Shown in pieces: positions 37,472 through 50,000 of a stretch of 64,000 nucleotides of DNA. A model generated the notes under the pieces. It was not told the DNA's origin and did no database searches. It was given only the letters and a program-made list of their open reading frames with translations. The position numbers were made by a program, and so were the translations under genes. Numbering within the stretch: position 1 is the first letter of the stretch; every line of letters begins with the position of its first letter. The stretch is from Mytilus californianus (Eukaryota), in the NCBI RefSeq assembly GCF_021869535.1, contig NW_026262690.1:80972001-81036000 (forward strand), read 5' to 3'.

Positions 37472-38141
37472 TTTTTATACGCCCGTCAAAATTTTGACGG
37501 GACGTATTATGGTATTCAAATGTTCGGCGTCCGTCTGTCTGTCCGTCCGTCTGTCTGGCGTCCACATGTCGCACCCTTACTTGAGAATGACTTATCCAAA
37601 TTTCATGAAACTTAAAATAGTTGTTTCTTTTGATGGCCAAACAATCTGTATACTTTTTGGTGCAAATAAGATTAAAACTTTTTGAGTTAAGGGACTTTGT
37701 AACTAAAACGGGGGTGTTTTTTCAAATGTCGCGCTGTATCTCAAAAACGATTTATGATTATTGCTTAAAATTTTACACACTTCTTAGTTATATTAATCTT
37801 AAGATCTGTATACTTTTTGGTGATGATTCAAAATTTTATTTGAGAGTTATTGAGTTTTTTGTTAAAAAGGGGGGGGGGGAGGTTTCACATGTCGCACCGT
37901 ATCTAAAAAACAATTTATGATTATTGCTTAAAACTTTACACACTTCTTAATTATATTAATCTAAAGATCTGTATACTTTTTGGTGATGATTCAAAATTTT
38001 ATTTTAGAGTTATTGATATTTTTATTAAAAAAAGGGGGGGTTTTCACATGTCGCGTCGTATCTCAGAAACGATTTATGAATATTGCATAAAACCTCACAC
38101 ACAAGACGATGGGCGTATCATGCGCTCTAGGCGCAGCTGTT
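37472..38141 (+). mobile_element. HINE/pearl-like element with internal repeats
   Basis: Sub-TIR ATACGCCCGTC / GATGGGCGTAT, head hairpin, CCGT/CTGT microsatellite, 3' hairpin GCGC-TCTAG-GCGC. Confidence 0.85.
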
Positions 38142-39124
38142 TATTTGGTATTTCAGTTCAAATCATTTAAATAGTCTCAAACAATACAAGTTTGATCAAA
38201 ATTGTAAACTTTAATAATGTGTCTACAATATTTTTGTTTGTTATGACAGAAATAAACATGCCATTATTGCAGTGTCTATTCATTTTGACATTTTTGTTTT
38301 CATTAATATCAGTTTTACTCTATTAAAAGGTTGAAGTGGTGTTCTGTGTTTTTTTTTTCATATATTGCAAATTTTACAATAAAATGAGCTTAAAATAAAC
38401 ACCCTGTGCAAATGTGTAAATTTGATATGAAAACATAGTGTACATTTGAATAACTAGCATATGTGTTTATGTATTTATTGTTATGGCCAGTTGATGTGAA
38501 CTTGTGTGTCAATTTTTTGTTCCACGCTACGTTATGCCCTTTGGAAATATTAATTATATGGAAAATTGCATTGTAAGTACTTTTAAGCCTACATTTCTTC
38601 AAGATATTTAAAAATAGTTTTGAAGAGCACACCCATTTCTTTTTCTTTTTTCCCATGGACAGATAAAACATGAGCAAAGCTGGGGACATTGGAACTGTGT
38701 TCTTTTATTTCCATTGCATTATGGTTTGAAATTAACAAAAAAGTAAGTTACATTTATTCGGAGAATTAAACTGATAAAAAGTTATTTGGGGAATCAGTTT
38801 ATACCATTTGAAATGTCAAACTAAGGGGGCAAATTTTTTCTCACTCTGACAGAAAGAAAGTTACATATTCTAATTTCACATTAATAATTTAAATTTCTGG
38901 GTCAATTAAATGACCTGGATGTGATTTTGTTTGTATCTGTTTGTATTGTAAGTTTTTGAAAGTTCTTTATCAATTAAATGTTATTCATTTTAATAGTTTG
39001 CACTGCATGGCAGAAAAGACAATATATAACATAAAATATGTAAATATTTTGTACATTACTCAATTGTACTGTTTTTGTTTGCCTTTATGCTTTAGAAATG
39101 TATATGATTACATGTAGAATACTT

Positions 39125-39290
39125 CATGAATAATTTATTAATTGTATACTGTGATACATGAATAATTCATTAATTGTATACTGTGATACATGAATAATTC
39201 ATTAATTGTATACTGTGATACATGAATAATTCATTAATTGTATACTGTGATACATGAATAATTCATTAATTGCATACATGAATATTTATT
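39125..39290. repeat. 32-bp minisatellite, ~4.5 copies
   Basis: ATTGTATACTGTGATACATGAATAATTCATTA at 39141, 39173, 39205, 39237. Confidence 0.9.
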
Positions 39291-41404
39291 ACTAGTAATT
39301 GTATACATATGAATATTGTATCACATGCATAATAAGAAAAGTATTTAGGAAGACAAATCCTTAATGTTATTTGCCAGTAAAACTTTTGTGAACTTATGAA
39401 GAAAAAACATCAGCATTACTTGTTAGTAAATCTTTCTTGAACATGAATAGGTAGAAAAAAATTTATTAAATATTCTGTTATTATTTTAGTTGTGAAAAAA
39501 GGTTAGCCAGACAAAAAGTTTTTAGTTAAGAGAAAAGTATGTCTCATGAATATGAAGATATTTCTGCACATGACTGCTCGTGAGAAAGCTTTATTTAAAT
39601 GATTACTTGTCAGAGGGATGAATAATTTCTAGAGTGGCATCAATTCAATTTGTAGTCTCAGTTGTAAAAAGTGCTATAAGTATCCACAATATCAGTATTT
39701 AAATGTGTAATCTTATTACCAATCCCCAGCTGTAAAAAAAGTGCTATAAGATACTATGACCGGTGATTTGGTTTTATTTGATGACAAAATATTCCATAGG
39801 ATGAAATTTATTTGAGAAATGCTGGTGTTAGATATTTAGAATGGCTATATGGTTATAAAATTAATTGCTTAAAACTTTTAACATTTTATGGACTATTGTG
39901 TAGTCTTTAAAATGTAACTGTTGTATTATTTAGGAATGTTATTGAAATAAATATTTAATGCTTAATATTTGCCTGATTATTTTATGAAGTTGCTTAGAAG
40001 GAGAGTATTTCAGCTCACCTGTGTTAAGGACTTAGTAGGTTTTCAACCCGAAGAACAAATGTTAGGTCAACAGTTGACATCTTAAGCCATCACTTTGCAT
40101 CTGTCTGAAGCGCTTCACTTTTATATTTTCTGAAACAATTGGCTAATTATGAAATTACTTGACAGGAATGGTGTAAGAAGGTTCTCTACAATGATCCTCA
40201 TATATCAAATATAGTTATCATATTACTCATAATAAGAGATTTCACATGACAAAAGAAAATTTCAAGCAGTAGCTGAACCATGAAAATGAGGTCAAGGGCA
40301 ATGGACATATAACAAATGAAAATTTTGTAACATAAAGTTTCTGCAGACAAGGTATGAAGCATCCAGGTCTTCAACCTTTTGAAATATAAAGCTTTATACA
40401 AAAAGTTTACACCACTGCCAGATAGTAATCCTAGGTCTTGTGGCGAGACAATAATGTATGAAGATTTTGTCACATTTTGCTCAGTAACTATGATTCAGAG
40501 TACCCTGAAATTTGTTACCAGGCTTCAAGTTTTCTCATTTGAATTGTTGAACATTTGTCATTTTGGGGCCACTTTTAGCTTTCTATGCAGTATGGGTTTT
40601 GCTCATTGTTGAAGGCTGTACAGTGATCTATAGTTAACTTTTATTATCATTTGCTCTCTGGTGTAGAGTTATCTCATTTGCAATCGTAACACATCTTCAC
40701 ATCAATTGCTCATCAACATCCTGTTTAAAGAATACTTTTAGTGGTGGTATCATTAGTAAGCAAGAGCTCAGTTCAACTTGTTTAATTTATATGTTGGATA
40801 GACTCAAAACATTTGCCCTGCAACAAGCCCCTTATACATCCCTTTGAGTTGCTGCAAGGGATCTTTATCTTAGAGTTTGGCACTCCCTAAAACAGGCACA
40901 AAAATTTAACATCCCCATTGCCACTATGTAATTGTGTAATTATACATCCTGCACAGCCAAACAGATGCCCCACTTAGTAGGGGTTTTACTGCTGGATGGA
41001 AGAAGTCTGGGGTTGAGCGAATTTCTATACTCTAAGTACACTTGATCAGTGACCACACCACCACATGTAGTCATATTTTGGAGGGGGAGGGAGTCTTCTC
41101 AGTATCCAAACCTTGATGATGTTACAGTAGAAGTGCATGAACTCACTTAAAGCCATGAATGGAGCCATCTATTGCAAAAATTTCCCATTTTCTGCTGTAA
41201 AATAGCTGCTGACATTTATTCCTATTCTACTTAATTCCAGCAAAACTGTATTTTGTATAAATCTTGTAAGCATGATGAAAATTCATATCCACTTGGTTGA
41301 AGTGAAGGTAACACATCACTAGCTTTATGGTAGTCCTCAACTTTTGTTGGATGATGGTAGTGTGAGATTATCTGTGTTAGAGCAATGTGAGTGTAATCAA
41401 GTGT

Positions 41405-41785
41405 TCTTGAATTTATGATAGTGTCAACTTTTGTTGATTGGTGAGAATGTTTTCTACTTTTGTTGAAGTTATGACAGTGTCAACTTGTGTTATTTGATGA
41501 GAATGTAATAAACTTTTGTTGAAGTTATGACAGTGTCAACTTGTGTTAATTGATGAGATTGTAACAAACTTTTGTTGAAGTTATGATAGTGTAAACTTTC
41601 GTTGATTGGTGGGAATGTTTTCAACTTTTGTTGAAGTTATGACAGTGTCAACTTTTGGTGATTATTAAGAATTTTATCAACTGCTCTTGAATTTATGATA
41701 GTGTCAACTTTTGGTGATTATTAAGAATGTAATCAACTGCTCTTGAATTTATGATCGTGTCAACTTTAGTTGATTGATAAATGAG
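41405..41785. repeat. 56-bp minisatellite (dimer of ~28-bp subunits), ~7 copies
   Basis: GTGT(C/A)AAC anchor at 41421, 41477, 41533, 41589, 41645, 41701, 41757. Confidence 0.9.
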
Positions 41786-44759
41786 ATCAAATTTTGTTGG
41801 GTGAGGGTAGTTTCATCATCTATTGTAGAATAATTCTAAGTAATCAGCTTCTATCTGATGCCATCAGGTCAAAGCACCGATGATCTGTCTGAGATATCAT
41901 ACACCATTCTTTTTTAATAACAACACAAGCACAACTTTTCTATCAAAATTTATTTAATAAACAATCTAACATAAACAATGTATAAAATACAACAGAAACA
42001 TGCTAACATATCTCTTCGGAATGTTCCTCCTTTGGAATTCTTTTACATTGGCTCAAAAATAAACTCCTCCTATGGAATTCTGTACATAAGCTCAAAAATA
42101 AACTATGTACATTTAATGTATAAGAAAAATATCAAGTGGATTTCTTCAAATCGTTTTCTTCCTTTTTTATTTCAGAAGAAAGTGGAATGATAAAGAAAAA
42201 ATATCACTTTTTACCCTTTAAATGAAACATGTTTTCTTCCAATATTAAACAGAAATTTTCCACTTCTGTCATGTTTTGATTTAACTATAGAAAATTACAA
42301 AACATATAAACATACAAAGTTTGGTGGGATAAAGTTTGAAAATGAATCAGATCTACCAAGCCTGAGATTATTTATAAAATGAAAAAATAAGAGAAGCCTG
42401 TCTTTTACAAAAAACCCCAACTTAATTACAAATCTGGTTAATAGTTGGTAACAATTTTTTATAAAGCAACAATTCTAATCTCTATAAACTTTGGGTGAAA
42501 AAATTTGTCTTAACACTGATTAATTGGAACACAATCAAATAAATGATATTTCAATATATATCTATGTTACAATTGAATTGAGATATTTCTGCATTCCTTA
42601 ATACACATAGATTTTTCACACAAATCTTCAAATTAATAATGGATCAGTGAAATATTGTTACTAACAAGAAGTATAAAACTCATATCATTGAGATTGATGT
42701 TGAAACTTCAAGACAATATGTATCACCATCATCAATATTAAAAAGTCCTGTAAACTAAATGTAATAATTAAGGTAGATCTGGTGTCTTCAGCTATCTTGG
42801 ATTGTAAAATAGTAGAACACAAGTGGTCTAGATCTTTAATTAAAAGTACAAATTTTGTGAAAAGAATGTAATTCATTTGTTAGACTTTTCATCTATATAG
42901 CATTTTGGCAAATTATTGAAAAATGCTATTGATTTTAATTTAGACCCCTCATCTATCTTAAACCAGCAAATGAGTCCAATTACTTTTGTACTGAAAAGCA
43001 TAAAAATGCATGTTGCTAAGGTTATTCATGGAGACAAACATTTGTAGGATTTTCTAAAAGAAAGTGAAAAGATGTCATGAACAATCCACATCTAATATTT
43101 TGATATTAAAAATAATATTTCCTTTACATTATTTCAATATAGAAAAAATATGTCTAAAATAGTTTGAGAACTTTTCTTCTTTCAGTGAATTTGAACTTTT
43201 CATTATAAACTTCAGAAAGACATTATCACAGGATTCTTCATTCTAAAGCATCACTCTCCCCCTTTAAATTGCAAACTGTAATCACACTTCTCTTAGACTA
43301 ATGGAATTAATAAAGCATTGTTACAAGTATAACAATAAACTATAAACTAAACTAAATGTTACTTATTATATATATAATAAATGAAATAAATTTATGAATG
43401 GATAAACTTAACATATAAAAGAAAGAATACACAACCACTTATATGATATTACAAGGCTTACAGAAATTGGCCTCAATAAAATTTCAACAGGAACATATAT
43501 ATCAGTTACCTTCCAAGCTGGTTATAAAGGCTAAATACTCAATGTCAAAATTCACTGGTTTCTTCAAAACTTTCATATATACTAAAAAAAATATTTCTCA
43601 GTATAAAATTTTCAATCTTCCCATTTTATGATATTTTAAAATATCTTTAATTTAAGGTGCAATTACTTTTGGGTCATCTTGACCTGGTGGAGATGAGCAT
43701 GTAGAAACGCTTCATCAACCTTTCATGCATATAAACCTCATATATCTCTATTCTTCGTGGAGACCTTAATAAGTTTGAGAGATTCACCATCGATAATTAA
43801 AAGCCTTCGATCTAAACCATTAGATTGTCTTTTTTTCAAAACCTGGTTTGAACACAATCATCTCTAAACTTAATTTATTTCTCTATAAATAAATGAGCAC
43901 AACTGCACCTATCAAGATCAAGATGTAATACTCTGGGGTCTTCTGACCAAGCCATTTTTGTAACATTAATAGCATTCACCATTTAATAAACAAAATTCCC
44001 CTAATTCCAAAGTAAGAAAATATGTCACAGAAAAAAATTTCATTATGATACATGTACCTGTAAAAATTTTAATAAGGTCAATTTCTAATTCACAGAGTTC
44101 ATATACAGTGATACCTGTCTTAACCAAACCCAACAGCAATTGATTTTTTTCTTCAAAATTAGATAAACTAATAATAAATTATTATTTTTTTCTTCAAAAT
44201 TATATAATCTAATAATAAATTATCCCAAAAGAATAATCATTGTATGTTATGACACTGGGTGATAATTCAAACAGTTTTCAAATTTCATAGGGTTCTATTT
44301 TGACAGGTCTCACTGTAACTCTGAGGAAAAGTACACAATAGTACATCACAAACATTGCATATAAATATATTTTACTACAATTTTACACATATTGCACATG
44401 TTCACAACTCCATTAACATTTAATACCCATGATTTTTGGTACATTTAACATCTTTTTTTAAAACAGGTATAATATACAATGTCCAGAGAATATCCAACAA
44501 TTTTTGTTTGTATTGTTTCAATGGCTGTTTTCATAACAATTTTTTATTCTATTTTTTAACTTCACCAGTTTGAACTGTGAACAAATAGTGTGTGCACTGC
44601 CTATATTTTCTGAAATAGGCTGTTTGCAGACATTTTCATTCATTTGTTTAGTTTTCAATGTATGCCTGTAAAACTTGTTCTTGTAACCATAGAACTTGCA
44701 AGCTGTAAAACCAAATATTCATTCATAGAATTTTGCATATTTAGGTAAACAAGCATTCT

Positions 44760-45322
44760 GAGAGTATTGCATGGCAATAAATAGTTCCCTACCGGTTAAA
44801 AATTAATTGTACTGCAACAAAATGCTAACTTGATCTATAACTTGTCATGGTGTAAACTATATAACAAACATCAAGTCAATATCTTCAAGCATGACGAAAA
44901 AAAAGTGTGGAAAACTGATTAAGTGAATTTTCTAAGTCAAAGGACCATAACTCTGCACAAAATCATCAGACCGAAACAAAATTTGAACTTGGTCTGTAAC
45001 TTGTCATGATAAAACTATATACCAATTATCATATCAATATCTTCAAGCATGACGAAAAAAAGTGTGGAAAACTGATTATTTGAGTGAATTTTCTAAGTCC
45101 AAGGACCATAACTCTGCACAAAATCATCAGACCAGAACAAAATTTGAACTGGATCTGTAACTTGTCATGATTAAACAATATACCAAATATCAAATAAATA
45201 TCTTTAAGCCCGAAGACAAAAAGTGTGGAAAACTGATTTCCCGGACTGACGGATGGACTGACAGACAGACAGACGGAGTGCAAACTCAAGTCTCTTTCGA
45301 CTTCGTCAGTAGGGGACTAAAA
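44760..45322 (-). mobile_element. HINE-like element with ~161-bp repeats
   Basis: Head TAGTCCCCTAC with CTGT microsatellite on the - strand; matching sub-TIR near 44785; AAGGACCATAACTCTGCACAAAATC at ~44940 and ~45101. Confidence 0.75.
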
Positions 45323-46716
45323 ATAATTCATGGATTAGGTATTAAATAAAGAAACATATCCATTGCACTTACTACACACTTAAATAGCTAAGCTGTTATA
45401 CATGAACACTGCCAAGAAAAATAAGGTTTTCATGCTAGGTAATATTAGACAGTGTATTTAATCTTATCTCTAATTGTGCAAAGACATTCACTTAAAAAGT
45501 GTAAGAACCTTACTCAAAAACTTTTAACATATCCACTAACTCGCTATCATAAGGCAAATATTACTTTGATTATAGTCAATATATACAAGAAACTATACTA
45601 TTTAAGAAAAATGATGTGATTGTACAAGAAAGATAGACATAAAAGAATAATAGTAAAGAAAACCAGCACTTCTCACTCTCAGAGATCAAAGTGCATTTAG
45701 TTATACATTTCTTATCAAACTAGCACAAGCATGCTATTCTAGTTCTTCTTAAAACATATTTATTACTCTGTATGGTGCTTTACAACCAATATCAAATGAG
45801 TGTTAACAAAAGTTGTTCTATAAAGTATAATTCTAAAAATATCAAGTCTTGAAACAAAACTGCACCAGAGAAACTCAAGTAAATCTCCTATAGAGAGTTG
45901 TTTCACATTTGGAAATAAATATTTCAATACCTGACAAATTTAAAATGCTCTAGGTTAAATTCAAAATGAACTGACCAGTTGTTAAAAAAAGTTAACACAT
46001 GTCTCAGTTTGGTTGTAAAATGTACTGAATTTACAAGTCATCAAAACATCTGTTAATAACTTTAGGTCTGACTTTGTACTGAATTTATAAATCAGTGTAC
46101 ACATCATATTAACTTTTTGCCATGAATAAAGCAGTTCAAACATTTATTTGTCTTTTAAATGACACTGATTTAGAAACACAAACTTTTGCATCAAATGTGA
46201 AGATCTTATACTCAAACAGATATTGTTCTATTTCAACAACATTCTTGACTTGTTTTTTTATTACCTCATTGGTGAATTTTAACATGAAATTCAAATGTCA
46301 GCAAACAGACAATACACAGTTAAGTCAAATTTGCCTAAATCATTAAACTTGTGACCTAATATCTTTCTGGTAACTGACTGATGATTCAGTAATAAAAAAA
46401 AATATAGCTTCCTACTGACAAATATTTATATCAGTAAATTTGTTAGAACAAAGAGAATTTTTTCGATTCCCCTTTTTACAATTTTTTTCATTCAAATCAT
46501 TTTAAGGATCCAAAATTTTAACAACATATTTGACCAAATTTCTAGTAAAACATCTGGCAATATGGAATATCTGTTTTCACTGTTGAAAAGATATGATTAC
46601 TATAAAACTGGGACAGGAAAGTGAGACAAAAAGTACAATCCTTTCAAAGAATCTTTTACATTTTTGGATATATATAAAACCCTGACCCTGTATAAGCATG
46701 ATAAGCAATAAACATT

Positions 46717-47084
46717 TCACAGATACATGCCATTTATCAAGTAATCGGCTTCATTGGAATGCAAACTTTTTCCACGTCTGATTCTTCGCTTAACTGTCCG
46801 TAATCGACAGCCAACAAATATAAGTAACATTAGACAAATACCAAGTCCTAATGCCAGGGCCACGATTGGGCCTTGATTATTGTCTGTTGGACTTTTTATT
46901 ACAACTTTTTTAGGTCCTTCCAAGCCCACTTTTTTCTCTGTATCTGTTGGTTCTTTAGGAGTTTCAGACGTAGTTGTAGTAGAATTTTTTGCATATTCAG
47001 GTCTATCAGTCGGTTTCTGTTTTACTGGTTCTTTTTCCTCTGAATCAGCTTTGATCTGTTGATCTTTATCTTCATCCTTATCAT
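46717..47084 (-). CDS. LRP11: LRP11 terminal exon (TM helix and cytoplasmic tail)
   Basis: PIVALALGLGICLMLLIFVGC followed by a basic stop-transfer stretch; ttttatag acceptor. Confidence 0.93.
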
Positions 47085-50000
47085 CTATAAAATAAATCAA
47101 TTATATATTATCTGTGCATCACAATATTGCTTTGTCAATCTCATTTCAGTTTCTCATCTTTCAAAATGACAATAAAATGCTTCGCTGGTGCGCAGCTTGA
47201 TACGACCGCAGAGGTCGAACCCTGAACAGTTAGGGCAAGTATGGACACAACATTCAAGCTTGATACAGCTCTGAATTTGGATTGTTATTAAATATTTGAC
47301 ACAGCATAGGTTTCTGACACAGAAAGAATGTGGTCTAAGAACTTGAATTTTTTTAATTTACCTATTATGGTCCAATGTCCAAAATCAAAATACATGGTTA
47401 GATTCAGCATATCAAAGAACCCCATATATTCAATTTTTGTTAAAATCAAACAAAGTTTAATTTTGGACCCCAACTTGGACAAACTTGAAAACTGGGCCCA
47501 TAATCAAAAATCTAAACACATGTTTAGATTCAGCATATCAAAGAACCCCAAGAATTCAATTTTTGCTAAAATAAAACTAAGTTTAATTTTGGACCCTTTG
47601 GACCTTAATGTAGACCAATTTAAAAAACGGGACTTAAAATTAAAAATCTAAATACACGGTTAGATTTGGAATATCAAAGAACCCCAATAATTCAATTTTT
47701 GATGAAATCAAACAAAGTTTAATTTTGGACCCTTTTGACCTCAATATGAACCAATTTGATAGCGGGGCCCACAAATAAAAAATCTAAATTCATGGTTAGA
47801 TTCAGCATATCAAAGAACCCCATATATTCAATTTTTGTTGAAATCAAAAAAAGTTTAATTTTGGACCCCAACTTGGACCAACTTGAAAACTGGGCCCATA
47901 ATCAAAAATCTAAACACATGTTTAGATTCAGCATATCAAAGAACCCCAAGAATTCAATTTTTGTTAAAATCAAACTAAGTTTAATTTTGGACCCTTTGCA
48001 CCTCAATGAAGACCAATTTAAAAAACAGGACCCAAATTAAAAATCTAAAAACACGGTTAGATTTGGCATATCAAAGAACCCCAATAATTCAATTTTCGAT
48101 GAAATCAAACAAAGTTTAATTTTGGACCCTTTTGACCTCAATATGAACCAATTTGATAGCGGGGCCTATAAATATAAAATCTAAATACATGGTTAGATTC
48201 AGCATATCAAAGAACCTCATATATTCAATTTTTGTTGAAATCAAACAAAGTTTAATTTTGGACCCCAATTTGGACCAACTTGAAAACTGGGCCCATAATC
48301 AAAAATCTAAATACATGTTTAGATTCAGCATATCAAAGAACCCCATATATTCAATTTTTGTTGAAATCAAACAAAGTTTAAATACTGGACCCTATCTTGG
48401 ACCAACTTGAAAACTGGGCCCATAATCAAAAATCTAAACACATGTTTAGATTCAGCAAATCAAAGAACCCCAAGAATTCAATTTTTGTCAAAATCAAACT
48501 AAGTTTAATTTTGGACCCTTTGGACCTCAATGTAGACCAATTTAAAAAACAGGACCCAAATTTAAAAACCTAAATACACGGTTAGATTTGGAATATCAAA
48601 GAACCCCAATAATTCAATTTTAGATGAAATCAAACAAAGTTTAATTTTGGACCCTTTTGACCTCAATATGAACCAATTAGATAACGGGGTCCACAAATAA
48701 AAAATCTAAATACATGGTTAGATTCAGCATATCAAAGAACCCCATATATTCAATTTTTGTTGAAATCAAACAAAGTTTAATTTTGGACCCCAATTTGGAC
48801 CAACTTGAAAACTGGGCCAAAAATCAAAAATCTAAATACATGTTTAGATTCAGCATATCAAAGAACCTCATATATTCAATTTTTGCTAAAATCAAACAAA
48901 GTTTAATTTTGGACCCTTTGGACATTAATGTAGACCAATTTGAAAACTGGACCCAAAATTAAAAATCTAAATACACTGTTAGATTCAGCATAACAAATAA
49001 ATAAATGTGATCAAAGATTTTACAAATCTAATGCGCCATACTGTGCAATTAAAGATTACTTCTTGAAATTTTTCAATATTTGAAATTTGAAAAAAAAATA
49101 ATATTTGAAGAATAATTCTTTTTAATTTCTGAAATCTGAAATGAGAAAAAATTGGCCCCCCACAATTTCTTTTTATCCCCCCCCCCCTTTTTCCCCCAAA
49201 AAAATTCTTTCCCTCAAGATATGGTCATAATCTTAATTCAAATTTCCAATGGAGTTGGCAACCATAATTACCCATTTAAATTTACCATAGTGCTAACTCA
49301 ATCTATTATATAATAGAATTAATAAAAATATAGTGTCAAATCTTTCATATGGATTTTTTTGTAAAAAAAAAAGATGAAAACATTTGCAGATATTTTTACT
49401 GGTCTTCCTTTATAAATATGCATTTCTTTAAACATAATTTAAAAGCAGTGTAAGGGAAGTAACCAAAACGTTGTATTTGGATTACCTCCCTTACACTGTT
49501 TTAGATTTTCTTTATTGTTCATTAACCATTACTTTATACATAATTTAAAAGCAGTGTAAGGGTGATAATTTCAATGATGTATTTGATTTATCTCCCTTAC
49601 ACTGCTTTAAATTATGTTTTGTACTAAAGTATTTGTCCATTAACCAGGACAACCTTGTTTTTCCCCCTTTTTTGCCCCTAATTCCTAAACGGTTTGAGCC
49701 ATAACCCCCCAAAGCAAATCCTAACCATCCCTTTGTGGTATGGAAACTTGTAGTATAATTTCAGAGAGATCCATACACCGTTCCACAGTTATTGTCTGGA
49801 AACTAGAAAATGCTCATTTTTGGCCCCTTTTTGGCCCCTAATTCCTTAACTGTTGGTACCATAACCCCCAAAATCAATCCCAACCTTCCTTTTGTGGTAT
49901 TTAACCTTATGGTCAAATTTCAAAAAGATCCATTCACTTAAACTAAAGTTAGAGTGCGAAAACCAATATGTATTCGGACGACAACGCCGGACGACGACGA

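Noticed and set aside
40980-41110. STLD and SDH peptides suggestive of an APE endonuclease fragment
   Set aside because: They are in different frames, too close together and surrounded by stops; no RT motifs nearby
47380-48995. Regular repeat array superficially like a CRISPR
   Set aside because: Monomers are contiguous with no unique spacers, no cas genes, eukaryotic intron context
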